Origin: Chrysomallon squamiferum
Lineage: Eukaryota > Animalia > Mollusca
Length of the DNA stretch: 64,000 nt
Direction of reading: 5' to 3'
NCBI GenBank assembly: GCA_012295275.1
Contig: CM022665.1
Coordinates: forward strand, 14,384,001-14,448,000
The position numbers were made by a program, and so were the translations under genes. Within the stretch, counting starts at the first letter, position 1; every line of letters begins with the position of its first letter. The notes under the pieces were generated by a model that saw only the letters and a list, made by a program, of their open reading frames with translations, had not been told where the DNA came from and searched no databases. Shown one piece after another: positions 36,090 through 50,800 of this stretch.

Positions 36090-36362
36090 TTAAATAATAT
36101 TACACAAATTACGTTACATTAATGTCATGATTAACATTATTACATAAGATATATTTAAACTATTTTTAACATAAACAGTTTTGCACAAATTATGTTATAC
36201 CGTTTTCTCGATAAATAACATTGTGTAAATTATTATTACACGGTTTATAACTTAAATAATGTTACACAAATTACGTTACACTGAATTCACGATAAAAATA
36301 CTGCACAAATTACATTACACTTTTTCACATTAAATTGTATTACACAAAATTATATTACATTA
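36090..36362. repeat. Degenerate ~40-bp minisatellite downstream of the gene C stop
   Basis: The core (T/G)CACAAATTA(C/T)(G/A)TTACA recurs at about 36101, 36182, 36263, 36303 and 36340. Confidence 0.6.
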
Positions 36363-36923
36363 TTTTTCTTTGTTTGTAACTTAGGAAATTATACTAAGCA
36401 ATTATAAAATTAAATTATCAATCATAAATTATAATTATATATTACTGAAAACATAATGAGAAGCCGGTATACCGATTATGCTGATCGTTTTCATATGGAT
36501 AAATAAATAAAAATTGAAAAATGACATGATAGGTAAGTTATTTAATATAAATAAATTATTTTATTGTTTGTGTGTTTGTCTGTTGTTGTTTTTTACCCGG
36601 TGTGTTGATTACTGTTTTTATTGTTTGATTGTTCTTTTTTTTTTTTAAATTCCGTTGCATAGATACTTATTGCCATTGAAATGGTAAAGACGCATTATTT
36701 GTTAATCAGTTAATCCTGTAAATAATATTGCAAAGCTTTATTGTAATATTTTTAGGCTATTAAATAATATTGCTGTATCTGGATCAATTTCATAGAAATA
36801 ATTAGATACTGCAGAGTAAAAACGAAAAGCATGAATAATTTTTATATGTCTCTGATAATTATTAATTGTATTACTGCAGGAAGACGCGATACATTTGCTA
36901 AACATGAATAGTAATTATTTCAT

Positions 36924-37262
36924 CTATGACTGCGACAGGACGTTGGCCACGGATATCATAAGACCAACAACGACGACGAAGACGGTTGGCGTTTTGACGT
37001 CGGCGACGTTGGTCTTGCGAACCTGACAGTAATGTGGGTTGGAAGTGTCAGAGGAATCTCTGAGAAATGAAGACTGGACCCCAGTCCAAAACGTCTTGGT
37101 GTTTCTTACAACAGTAGCCCTAAAAATTAAAATATCAAGCTAGTTAAATGAAAAAAAAAAAAAAATAAAAAAAAAAATAAAAATAATAATAATAGATATG
37201 ACAAAGAAATCATACAACGAATTACTTCTAAATGTGAAGGTACATTTATATATATCTATATC

Positions 37263-37294
<32 letters not shown>

Positions 37295-38640
37295 TATATA
37301 TAAATATTTCATTTTATTTTATTATAATGATTTAATTTTTTTTACTACTTCTACTACTGCTTTAAGAAATACTTCTACTCCTATTAATATAAACCCTACT
37401 TCTACTATTACTACTACTTCTGTTACTACTACTATTACTACTTCTAATACTACTTTCACTACTACTACGACTACAACGATGACGATGTTGCTGATAATAA
37501 TAACGACTGCCGTCTCTTCTTTCACAAGTATTAAAATCTAACAACAAGTGTTGGTATTCACATAGAAGTTACCTTATTTTGACTAGTTTGTAACTCACAC
37601 GGTATTTATATTTTATCTTCATATATAAAAATAAATAGTAAAAAAAAAAAAAAAAAAAAAAAAAATTACATGGAGGAAATAACACAAACGGATCTAGGGA
37701 TGGTCATACATGGTCTTCTTCAATTACTTTTTTTTTTTTTTTTTTTTTTTTTCCAGCTGCTATATTTGATAATGAAATTCATTTCATCTCTAAAGTTATT
37801 TCCAGCACAATAACGACGAAGCCCCCTTTATTCTAAGATTGTGAATAATTATAACTTACTGGAAGTATATGTGACCCACTGTCGGGGATGGTGCAGTCCA
37901 TTTAAATGTCTGCTCTGTTTGGTGGATGTGATCTTTGTGACATATAGCACTCTGAAAATAATTTTTTTAAATAAATTAGTGAATCAACTGCTTGTTTCAC
38001 TTCCACTGTCAGCTGACAAATAACTCTCAGTTTATTATTTGTTTGTTTTTAAGTTTTAGTTGTTGTTATTATTATTATTATTTATATTTCGGTATACAGT
38101 TGAGATGTTCAAGTGTATGATTAAATAAAACTACTACTACTACTACTAATAATAATAATCATTTAAATTACTTTCAAATAATGTAATGTACTATGTAGAA
38201 GAAGTTATTTTTAAATACATTTCATAACTGATTACGATTTAACACGCCTGTTTATTTCACCATCATATACTGGCAACTTATATCCCTTATCATTTCTTTT
38301 TATGTAATACTCCCCAAGCGTAGATTGACTGTGGATACTCCTTAACTAACCTTATGGTTTCCGCCGCAGTCCAGTGTTTTCAGAAAGTTGCTGCTTGAAT
38401 TAAAGGTGAAAGTTCCCACTGGTTCTGTCTGTTTGTCTGATTCGCAGTTAGCACGTCTGGCCTGCACAAACAAACCTTCATAATATACAGACGTATCGCT
38501 GGTATTAGCTGTCTTCAAAGTTACTGAAACATAGCAATAAAGATGATGATGATAATAATAACAACAACAACAGTCAAAATGTGAATGGAAGAAATGCAGT
38601 TACTTCATCTGTTATGATGGTAATAATATATATTTAAGCC

Positions 38641-38700
<60 letters not shown>

Positions 38701-39889
38701 ATAGTTGAAGGGACATAACTCATGTTACTTGTTATTGTTTCTCCAGCCGAGTACATTTTCGCTTCTGCTCTGTTTGTGTTCTGAAGCATGAAGGAAACAA
38801 TAGCACTAGACGTCTGTGCGTCAGTGTTATGTCCCACGGGATACATGTGTTGGCAGGCGGACACAGGGGGGCCATTCGGGTAGGCGTGGACAACGGTTAG
38901 CGCCACCGATAGCACAATGAGAAAAACCTGAAAGTAAAGGGATAAATTCAATTCATGTAAACTAAAAACCAGTTAAGTGATAGATGCCATAACCTTAGTA
39001 GTGGTAGCTTCTGAAACAACAGTAAGATATGTTAGTACTGTTGGAGTGCTGTGGGAGTAGTAGTAGTAGTAGTAGTAGTAGTAATAGCAGCAGCAGGCAG
39101 GAGCGGTAGCAGTAGTAGCTAGCAGTAATTTGTCTTTGTATGTGTGCGTGCATTTATGTATATTTTTATACTACATATGTATGTAACTGACATATGAAAC
39201 TAAGGATGTTCTCTGTACATCTAGGTCAGCCCGCATTGCAGAAACTGACACATCGCTCAAGTTTAAACCCGTAACGTCATATTTACGATTGCTCATAATG
39301 TTTCTTCTGCACCGGAAAATCCTGATTATAAACGCTCTAGTTTGAGAGTCTATTTTTCTTCTTCTTTTATTATTATTATTGTTGTTGTTGTTGTTGTTAA
39401 TGCTGTTGTTGTTGTTCATCTGCTGCTGCTGCTTTTATTGTGAATAACAAAAGTAACCAAATATTTTCACACACACAGACATACGAACACACGTAATTAT
39501 ATCAACAGGCAACCAGAAACATTATCTGTTGAGCATATGTTTCTCCGTTTCACATGTACCTTCGTCTTTGCTTCAAACAACAATTGACTAAAAGGTGTGG
39601 GCATTGTCTTTAAGTTACTGTTTATTTCACTGTCCTGCAAGTTTTTAATCTGAAACGAATTATCTCACTCTGTCTCCCATGTTGTATGCCTGTATGAATG
39701 TATTTTCTTTTCACTGGGAAATAAGAATTACAAACCTCGAAAAAAACATAGATTATTATTATTTAGTTAAGAAACATAACTTTTGCTTGTTCAAAAAAAT
39801 CGTGAATGTTCAAGTCACTGACGTGTCAGTATTAATTAATTTTAATTAGAATGCAACAACAGTAGTTTGATCTTGACAGAATAAAGCTT

Positions 39890-39966
<77 letters not shown>

Positions 39967-41074
39967 GCAAAAAACGAAAATGAAAATAATAATAATTCAG
40001 TTCACGATACTGAATTCCAGGATCAGACCTATATTTAAATAAAAATAAAGACATTCCATCTTGCCATCCGGTTTTAAATTACAATGCAAACTCACATATA
40101 GATGATTCATACGAAACTAACAAAAATATCACGTACAGGACATACTTCAGAAAACTGTAATACACGAATTTCAGAATACGAGTTTTAATCTTTTCGAAAT
40201 CGTTGTGACGTCAACGAACCGAATAAGCCCCAAAACACGTTGTGCAAATATATTTTCGAAATAGGACAGCTCCGCCTATTTATTTTGAAATGCCAGTAAA
40301 TAAAGACGGTACATTATAACCTTGAACAAATATTTTGAAAATATTGTTTTAAAAATGCAGTAACAAAATAAAATAATTCACTGAAAAGTATAGAAAAATA
40401 AGAAATACTTGAAATTTAAATATGAACAACAGGGTGAAAAGAATATTTAAAAATTACACATGAAAAAAGAAAGAAAAAAAAAAAACTGTCAACGAAAGTA
40501 AAACAAATAAATAAAAATAAGAAAAAAAATAAGGAAAAACACACTCACACATAAACACACACACACACAGACACACAGGAACGCACACACACACACACTC
40601 AGACATACGAATGACTATTTCCTCTTCTAACCGATTCTCCGTGACAGGTTTTCGAAATCGTATATTTCTGCTTGATAAAAAGATCCTTTGCTGCTGGTAG
40701 ATAAGAATAAAAATTGGACTGATTACAAAACATTTAACCATTACATTACAATATATTGAGGTTCCATTCGCTGTCACATTTACTTAAAGTAGGTAAAAAA
40801 AAAAAAATGTTTGTATAGGTAAATATATCAGTACAAACGTCTTTCCTATTCTTATTCTTCCTTTTAGATATATATATATATCCACTTCTATATTATATTT
40901 GTTCAAGGTCGACCTTGAACAACTGTTATTGAATATCAATAAAGATTCCTATCAGTAAACCACGGCAAGGAGTTAAAAGGTTAGCTCTGTTGACTAATAA
41001 TGTTATAAAACTGAAACACAAAGAACAAAGCTACCATATTACGCCAGACTGAGTTATATATGTTTCCAAACAGT

Positions 41075-41110
<36 letters not shown>

Positions 41111-41971
41111 TATTATTATTATTATTACTACTACTACTATTATTATTATTATTTGTTTGTTGTTTTTATTGTTATTATTATTTTTATTATTGTTGTTGTT
41201 GATGATGATTATGATGATGATCATGTTGCCACTGCAATAATAAATAAGAGGCTGTTCTTTAAAACATCTGAACTTCCACTTTACTTCGTGGCTTCATTCA
41301 GTTCTCGATTATCTTCTATATCGTGATCTTTTTATCCGCCTCTTTATGCTTATTTAAACTTCAAAACTTCGAGAGTGTTTGCCTTTCTTTATTTTGTCCT
41401 TTACCTTTTATAATAACAAGGTCGGTTAGTACCTAACGACCTAGATACAAAGCGTGGGATTGGCTGAACGACATTCTTCAAAGGTCACCTTTGGTCTCCA
41501 AGACAACGAGAATTAGAATATCAGTAACTATTTAAATGAAGTATGTGCAGATCAATGTTTTCATTCAGGGTGAAGCATTTATTACCGCCAGCAAACAATC
41601 GAGTATGAGACCAGAGCACAGTGTTGTTGGGTCACCGTGTGTAATAGGAAACACTGTCAAAACAGTACACCTGAATTTGTCACCCACGGCAAACTCTGAA
41701 CACAAGAATGCACATGGTACGACTTTTGATAGCCAACAGTGAACTGAATGTTTAATACATTCGTGCAAAATTACATCGGTGACATGATAGAAAATAAATT
41801 ACCACGTTTCTCTTAAAAAACCAAACCGCCCCAAAAAAAAAAAACCAACTCTTTCAGTAAAACAACAAACAAACAAAAAGATTAATATTAAATAATAATA
41901 TTAAAGTTAAACAAATAATCATTAAATAAAATAAATAAATAATAACAAGAGATAAACAACAACTACTACAA

Positions 41972-42049
<78 letters not shown>

Positions 42050-42400
42050 TTAAAATATCAAAATAATCGAATGACAGTACAGAAGTAAACTCAGCTTCTT
42101 TCCGCTTCAACAACTCCAAGACGTTGTTATCACGTGGTATCGTTTATGGCATCATGTTTTAACTTTTAATACTTCTAAATGCTAATAAATTCAGGCCTAC
42201 ATAGTCAAAACTGACAAGTATTTTAAAATAACTGACAGTGGAAGGAATGAATAAATAAAGAACACTAAAATCTAGGTCAAGGAAAATGAGGTGAAGGTCT
42301 CTTAATCTATAAGTATATAGTGAAATTTAGCAAGTACAGATTATTTATACGAAACTTTATTATTATTCTGTTTATGTGTATATCAATGCCTAGTTATACT

Positions 42401-42440
<40 letters not shown>

Positions 42441-42766
42441 GATTGATAATATGGTGTTGATGTGAATCTTTATGTATATGTTTATGAATGACTGTCATAA
42501 ATATTTTTGTTCTAAAATCATAAACTAATTCTACGTCAGCTACAATTAGTTGTTTGAATGTCAAAGGCAAGTAAGATATAACAGTAACGGTGTTAGTTAA
42601 ATTTCAAGTGAGCAGTTGTGTCAATATGTTTGGGTGAATACTGAAAACTACTGAGGACAATGTATACAGCTAACGGTTAAATGAAACGAGCAGTTAAGTC
42701 TTAAATACGAGAATAATTTTTGTTTATTTATTTCTTTGTTGTTTTATTATAATAATAATAATAATA

Positions 42767-42799
<33 letters not shown>

Positions 42800-43109
42800 T
42801 CCGTGTTTGTTTATTCGTCGTTGTTATTTTTAAATTTTACATAAAGAAACTCATATCGTCATCGTTATATTATGAAATCGAGGATATACATTTAAAAAAC
42901 GAAGCCTTTTTTCATTATTCCCGTTAATCATTTCTTAACACTTTGTGCAAAACACAGTAAAGTTGCTTACCTGGATTCTTGCAATATACTGTGGGTAGGT
43001 ATATATACATACCTATGTCTGTCTATCTGTCTATTTATACATATCTACCTATCAACCTACATACCTAAATACATACATACATACATACATACATACATAC
43101 ATACATACA

Positions 43110-43156
<47 letters not shown>

Positions 43157-45111
43157 GTATGTATTTATGCTATAATGTACATATATATCTATGACATAAG
43201 ACTGTCTTAGCCATTCAGTAAATCTCTTTGTCTGCAAGTGTATAAATAATTTTTAAAGATGTTAAATTTTTAAAATAAAGTTATGAAAACTACATATTAC
43301 TATTAATCTTTATAATGAAGCTCATTTTATTGCTTAATGTTTAACTGCAACATTGATAAGACCCTTCTCCTATTTCTGTAATTCTGAATTCGTCCCTGGT
43401 TGTAACATTATGTTGTAACTCCTCTTTTAAAATACGGCAGACTGCAGCAGTTTCATTATATCATCATTCCTCGCATTCCTGGCTATATTTAGTAATACAC
43501 GTTATTCATCATGTGAAAGGTAGGAGAGGTAAATTACTCTTATACGAAGTGCCTACTTTATCAAGTAAACTTTCCTCTGAATTCTTTTTTCACGTAATGG
43601 TGGCTTCTTTTTGTTCTCGTTTGAAAAAGATTGTTAGTCTGTGGTGCAGAATGGACACTTCGGATCTGCATTGTGTAACTATTTTATTTAGCCTATAAAG
43701 ATATTTATTTGATTAGAAAAGATTCAAATTAAACTGAATGAAAGAATGAATATTTATTTGACTCGACCTCAACACATTTTGTTATTTCTAGTTGTTAGTT
43801 ATTAAACATCTTTTTTTTTTTTTATACTGATGAACGTACATTCATCCATCCATCCATCGATCCATACCTACATATATGTGTATGTATCCGCCATCACCAA
43901 AAATATACGACAGGACCTTTTAAAATTATTCTTGAAATAACCAAATCCGGGCAGACCTATTTTTGTCAGTTTGTATAATGGCTGGTTTCTGTTTGCTTGC
44001 TCCACCTTTACAGAACAGCTTCGATAGACAGATACAGAATTACAACAAGTGGTGGGCACAGTTATTACAGTGAATATAACTTTTACTAACAAAGGAGTTT
44101 CACTGTACATTATTATATTACATATAAGAAATATATTTATTTACAAATAAAGTTAGTGGGTGTTCACAGCTGTTGTACTCTCCCCTAAATCCGCATATAT
44201 CCTTAAGTTAATCCTAAGATCTATTATTATTATTATTATTATTATTATTGTTATTATTATTGTTATTATTTGTCCTTCTTTATTGTTGCTTTTTAAAATA
44301 CCTTTCTTTTATTTATAAAAAAATAAATTATTGTTTTTTGTGGGGGTTTTTTGGTCTTTATTTCCGTTTTCTTTTTCATTTTTTATTTATAGCTTTTCTT
44401 CCGAAAAGATAATAGACTGTAAAATACTAATCTTATTTTCTGAATATCGTGACGATAAAGAAAGAAAAAGTGTGAAAAGTTTACCAAAACTGTCTGTGGA
44501 CACGATCTTATTATTAGTTTTTTCTTTTCTTCTCATCCCTGTTCTTTTTTTTTCATTGTTCTTTGCACATTTTAAATTTAAGTGCTATTTTATTTTTTTT
44601 TGGGGTTTGTTTATTGGTGTGTGCTTTTTTTTAATGTGTATTCGTGTGTTTTATTTTATCTTACAAGTAAGCTAACGTTATATGTGCTGATTAATATACA
44701 TGAGGGAAACGGTTTTATTTCACAGCCTGACACTGTTCAAACTACAGCAGTAATCTCTCACTGATAAGAAAATTACTCACAGCTTTTCCTGCACAAAACA
44801 GCGGAACTGTAAATCCGTCCCACACTTCAGTTCAGAGAAAGTATTACCGAAGTAACGAAATGATAAAAATATGATATATACATACACACACGCACTTACG
44901 TTAGTACGTACAAATATCACACAACAAACAAGTTTATATGTTATATTAATATGAACTAGACGAAACATTCAGAACCTTTAAATGTCTGAAGATTTATCAA
45001 ATTTACAAAGATCAAACATATATAGCCTATGTATCCTTTACAAAATATGCTTTAGAGTTAATGATTAAATTATTAAAATTTTAATAAAAAAAAAAAAAAT
45101 GTGTATATATT

Positions 45112-45152
<41 letters not shown>

Positions 45153-45659
45153 TTAAAAAGACAAAAGGTGGTCAGTGTTGAATTATGCGAATGAGAGATG
45201 CGTGTAAACAAATAACAAAATAAGGTTAACTAAATGAGTTTGCAAATGCTGTGGAAATGTTAGTTTAATACAAAACGTACTTTCTTGTATAACAAATGTG
45301 TTTATTATGCAGGTAGCGTAAGGGAAATAGCACATATAAATCAAGCAAAAGAAGTGAACATTAATTGTGTTGACGACTAAAACAACGTAAACGAAACGAA
45401 AAAGACATAAACTGGGAAAATTAATTATGATGAAGAAAAAGAAAGAAAGGAAAAAAAAAAACTATCAGTGATAAAGACAAAAGACCTGTAAAAGGAAGAC
45501 AAAGAAAAATAATGAAAGAAAAGAAAGATTATATACATATATAAGTATATATATAGACAAAAAAATAAAAATAAAAAATTAATTGATTGGTGTAGTTATA
45601 TTTAGAAATATATCCTCAACAAAAGTATCTGTTATCTTTTGATGGAAACGTTTAAGAGA

Positions 45660-45694
<35 letters not shown>

Positions 45695-46167
45695 GAGAGA
45701 GAGAGAGAGAGAGGGGGGTCAAGATGTTAACAGTGCATTAACGCATTTCTGGCGCCGATCCCAGGAGTGATGAATAAAAAGGATGCTGTTTTCATGACCT
45801 ATATATACAGATCACGTTTGTATGCTGCTTGCACATACATTTCTGTGGTAAGCATATTTATTGCTGAATACAAAGGCACGTTTTGCGAACATAGTTGTTT
45901 CGGATGTATGTGAAAAAAAAAAAAAAAAAAAAAAAAACATTTGAAGAAGAACAAGAGGAAATATTGAAAAATAGACGGAGCGACTAATTTACAGAAAGTC
46001 GGAAAGATAAAGCCGTTTTGAAACAAAAAATTTAATTTAATGTTATTAGCAATAGTAGAACTAGCAATAGCATCATCTTCGTTATGTTCAGAACGATGAA
46101 ATAAAATAATTGTAATAATAATACTACTTGGAAAAATAATAAATATATAAGAAAATGAAATAAGATT

Positions 46168-46198
<31 letters not shown>

Positions 46199-46490
46199 AC
46201 ATAAATAAATTCAATTCTATACTTCGTAGTCCTTATAATTTTTTATGATAAAATTTAGACACATTTTCTCTTTAATTTTTTTTTAATTTAAATTCGATTA
46301 TATTAACTTAAGCCTCAAGTTTAGTAAACTATATTTTTTTAAATAAAAATACATTCCAAATTCTTCAGGCTTGTTCATATTCGAAAAAAAAAAAAAAAAA
46401 AAAAAAAAAATAATAATAATAATAATAAATAAATAATAATTAAATAAATAAATAAGTAAAAAAGAATCGAAAGCTTACCTGTAAAACCAT
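36924..46490 (-). CDS. Reeler-domain protein C, signal peptide + hydrophobic tail, 223 aa
   Basis: Exons 38927-38729, 38523-38351, 37951-37860 and 37119-36924 are firm (GT-AG, same phases as A and B). Motifs YPNGPPVSACQHMYPVGH, YYEGLFVQARRANC, PVGTF, SAICH, FKWTAPSPTVGHIYFQATVVRNTKTFW. The first coding exon is assigned to 46490-46479 (ATG GTT TTA CAG|gtaagc, MVLQ) from phase, donor strength and the upstream E-box; this exon is less certain. Confidence 0.85.
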
Positions 46491-46577
46491 TTTCGAAGAA
46501 AACGTAGATGCTGCCTGCGCAGAAGCCTTTAAACAAACTGAAGTCGTTTAAACGCAAGGCGAAAACCTTTGCACGCG

Positions 46578-46587
46578 GTCACGTGAT
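46578..46587 (-). promoter_or_regulatory. Reeler gene C promoter E-box palindrome
   Basis: GTCACGTGAT at 46578-46587, in a GC-richer patch ~88 bp upstream of the proposed ATG at 46490. Confidence 0.5.
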
Positions 46588-47807
46588 ACCTGCGGCGCAA
46601 CCCGACTTTTGGCAGATGACTCTGCCTGAAGTGAATTGACAATGATCAACATTGAGTAATATTGCGGGTAAATTGTATTTGATGTTTTATATATTCAACC
46701 TTATCAGTCTTGGTACATTAACTAACTTTATCCAGCAGATATTATTTCATTTGTTATCACCAATGCAGAGAGAGATAAGTAGTTTCTTGACTAACCTTAA
46801 CAATAGTGTGTAATTACAAATCTATTTTTTTTTAAATGCATGTGGGTGCATATTTCCGAGATAAAGTGAAATTGTAATATGTATTTAAAGAATTTTGTAG
46901 CGTTTGTTTTTCATTTACTAAATTTTAATGGATATAATTTGTTCAATATGTGTATATATAATAATATCATGTGTAAATAAAATTTATATCGCTTCAATCC
47001 ACCGAGTATTTATTTATTTATTATTTGTTTATTGAAATATATTTGATTGTCTGCACATAGATCTCCTCTGTAAATGGACATTTGTAAGAATTATATGTGA
47101 AATAATTTACATAACAAATTTGTACTTTATTCATAACAGCTGAATTAAAAAGTTCACCTAAAAGAATTTAATATTATTATTTTATTTTAATATGCAGAAT
47201 GTACCTCTCTCCAAAAATGATTTGTCTCGATATTGTTTTTCGTTTAAAACATTAACTGTACTGAGATGGGTATGTGTGTGTGGGGAAATAAATAAAGAAA
47301 TGTTTTGTTGTGGTGGGTGTTGTTCTGTTTTAATTTAAAATAATAATAATAATAATCAGAGAATCAGCTGTGGTTACTGGAGTCGTAAACGCGTTTTGTT
47401 CAGGACGAACTTTGAGTTTCTGCTGTTAACCTCACTAATGCATTTACACAAGATTACCGATGTGATCAAACAGAATATCATTTCCTTAATACTTTATCGC
47501 ACAACATATTGAATATTTCCGTTCTGATGAACAAAATTCCATGTCAAAAAAGGACCACGTGGACCATTAAAGTACAAATGAGTTAAAAAAAATATTTGAT
47601 TACGCCTTGTTTTAAAAATGTAATGTTATTATGTTTCATAGTTTGTTCTGTGCACTAGTAACGGACGTGAACTACTAAGTGTTCGAAAACAATGTTATGA
47701 ACACAGCTATAAATCTTATGTCGCATTTATCATTTTTTACGCTCTTGAAGACAGATGCTACAGAACTGCGGCGAGACATCACTTTTTAAAAACGTTAGTT
47801 TAAACTG

Positions 47808-47844
<37 letters not shown>

Positions 47845-50800
47845 CGACTCTTTATTTCTGATATGCGTACGTGCGTTCGTGGACACGCACGCATTTTATG
47901 TTTGTGTGGCAAATTTTGGACTGGCTTTCAGCTTTGAAATGTTTAAAATATTGAGTCTTTTTTTTTTTTTTTCTTTTTTGTCATTAGCAACATATGTTGT
48001 TAGATATTATAATTCCATGTATAATATGAAGTTTTAACATAACTTCTTGAATATTATTAAGTAATGTGTCAGTGTCATTTTAACCATGATAACTTAATGA
48101 ACCTGAATTGATCTTGTCTATGCATTAACAAAACAAAAAAAAAAACAAAAAAAAAAGTATCTTCTGTTACGTTTATTCTCAAAAGTCAACAATTTAGTTA
48201 TGAAATTTCAAAACAGTAAAGAATTTACAATAACAAAACGAAGATTGTAATTACTTGTTGACAACTACAGATTTTTCCCTATTTTCCTACGTCCATCCCC
48301 TGCATTAAAGCTGGACTGTTTTATTTTACTGTCCAAACACTTTGGATTAAAGCAATTTTTATGAATATGTATACAAATAAATATATTTCTGATTAATACT
48401 TTCTATTTTAAATAAATAAATAAATTTGAATACAAAAATGTAAGTAAATTTTTAATTACAATTGAAAAAAAAAAAAAAAAAAAAAGATTTTATAACTATA
48501 ACAATGTTAAAAATTTTCACTAAACTATACAAAATCTAAACAGTATTAAAATATTTCTAAATAAACAGATTCAACATTTTTTGATGTACCTGTAATAAAC
48601 AGTATTTCAGGATTTAGACAGGATGATTCTAAGCTATATAAAGCTGTAGAGACCCTATCTACTCAAAATGAAGCTGTATTATAACTAAATTTAAAACATT
48701 TGGACAGACATATTTAGAATTTAAAACCATAAAACAAAGCTTATGGGTAGCTACCAAGACCCTAAACATCAAATGTTAACAGAACAAATCTGCATAACAA
48801 ATGAACTGAAATTTAGAAATCACTTTCAGAGATTGATGTTAAAAGCTGTACTGTGTTTAGCTTGTATTTATATCCTTTTGTAAAAATAAACCACATAAGC
48901 ATAAACAGCATTTTATTAGTATCATATTTCTTCTTTTAAGAAAAAAAATAAAAATAAAAATAATAAGACAAAATAAAATAAAAATGAAAAATAAGTCAAA
49001 TGTAATTTAAAATAATAATAATGAAACCACACTGTTAGAATTTGAATTCATAGCCTTTATCAGACATTTACAAAAAAATCAGAATTGTAATTTGCGTTAA
49101 ATGTCAAACACTAATTACAGATTGTTTTTATTATGTTTGTAAGTTTAGTTTACAGGAATTGCTAATGAAACTGTAAAAAGCCTCATTCACATGAACATGA
49201 TAGAGCATTTTTACTTAAATTAATTTAAACAAAACATTTCAGAAGACAGTATAACTATAAGAGCCCAGTTTTGTATGATTTATGTGTAAGCTTGCTGATC
49301 TCTTACTAAATGTTATATAATAACATTTTAAACTCTGGATAAGGCCATTTTTTTCAAGCACAAGGATGAATGTGAAATCAGAAAAATAAAACTGACAGAT
49401 GGATAACAAAATACAGACATACATACGTAAACATGATAAGTTAAACAGATATTATTCATTGTGACTTGTTATAAAATTTTCATCATTACAAACACTTTAA
49501 TCTGAATTTATACACAGCAGTCCATGATTTTATTATTATTTTTATTAAATAAGCATAGGAAACTTAACTCATTATTATTCATTAAAACTCCAAAAATCAC
49601 ACCATTGTAAGTTAAATCAAAGTTTGTTTTTCAACACGACACAGTCAAAAATTAGGTTTATTAAATAAATGGAAATAAATATCTGATTTTAAAAATTCTG
49701 TTACTTTTAAAAGATGGTTTTGGTGACTCCTGTTTTTCTAACAATGAAACCATGAAGAAAAACCCAACAACGCAAATTTGTAGTTATTTCACTGAATAAT
49801 AATCATTGGCAAAAAGGCATAATTTATAAAATCAGTCCTAAAAATATATATATTATGACAATAAAAATGTACAAAATTACTAAATACATGTATTATATAA
49901 ACATGAAGTAAAAATGACAAAATTATAATAATTCTAGGATATAATGACAAGGTAAAACAAAAACAAAACATGTAAAAATTAAATAGGCATCTTATCTAAT
50001 ACTGATAAATAAAATCACTGATTTCAAAATAAAGGCTTTTAATACTAAAAAGATCACTTATTTTTCAATAAAGGCTTTTAATAACACATACAAGTTTGTT
50101 AAAAAAAAAAAAAAAATTTAAAACAAGATTAAGCATTAGGTTAATAATTAGAATAACAACAACAACAAAATAATAATGATAATAATAAAATGATAATAAT
50201 AATAATAATAATAACAAACAAGAAACAAAAAAAATGTTTATGTATAAACATAATTTACAATGATAAACCTTTTTTAAAACAAAATTGGTTGTAAATATTC
50301 ACTGTATAAATAAGCTTTTACACAAATACAGTTACTGAACAAACACTGTCAGTTTTCATTGTAAATTTTAAGATCTTGACAATAATTTGAATTTAAAGAT
50401 CTCTATCATAATTATATTTTGATTCATTAAACATGTGGTTTTATTGAAAAAATAGCTGACCATCTTTATATTTGAGAGATGAAAATTAATTAGAACTAAC
50501 AGAAAAGAACTTAAAAATTAACATTAATAAAACTTGTTTTAGCTTTTTATGGATTAATTTAAATGTCTTATAATTTTGACTATAGTAGTATTTTCAGTTA
50601 CAGAACAGCTAAAATCTTTTAAATTAAGTAATAGGTAAGGCACTCCAGATAAAACTGGATATAATGTATACATATGTAGAATACACCCTGTTTTCAGCAA
50701 CATTTATATAACAACAGCAGTTACAGATATTTACTAAGGCCATTGCTAAATAAAGATATATGTTTTACATAATGCTAATGAGATCAATGAACTAGTAAAA

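Noticed and set aside
41536-41768. Non-repetitive ORFs on both strands in gene C intron 1, including VFPITHGD, faintly like MFPVGH
   Set aside because: The similarity is too short, there are no other Reeler motifs and no convincing splice pair.
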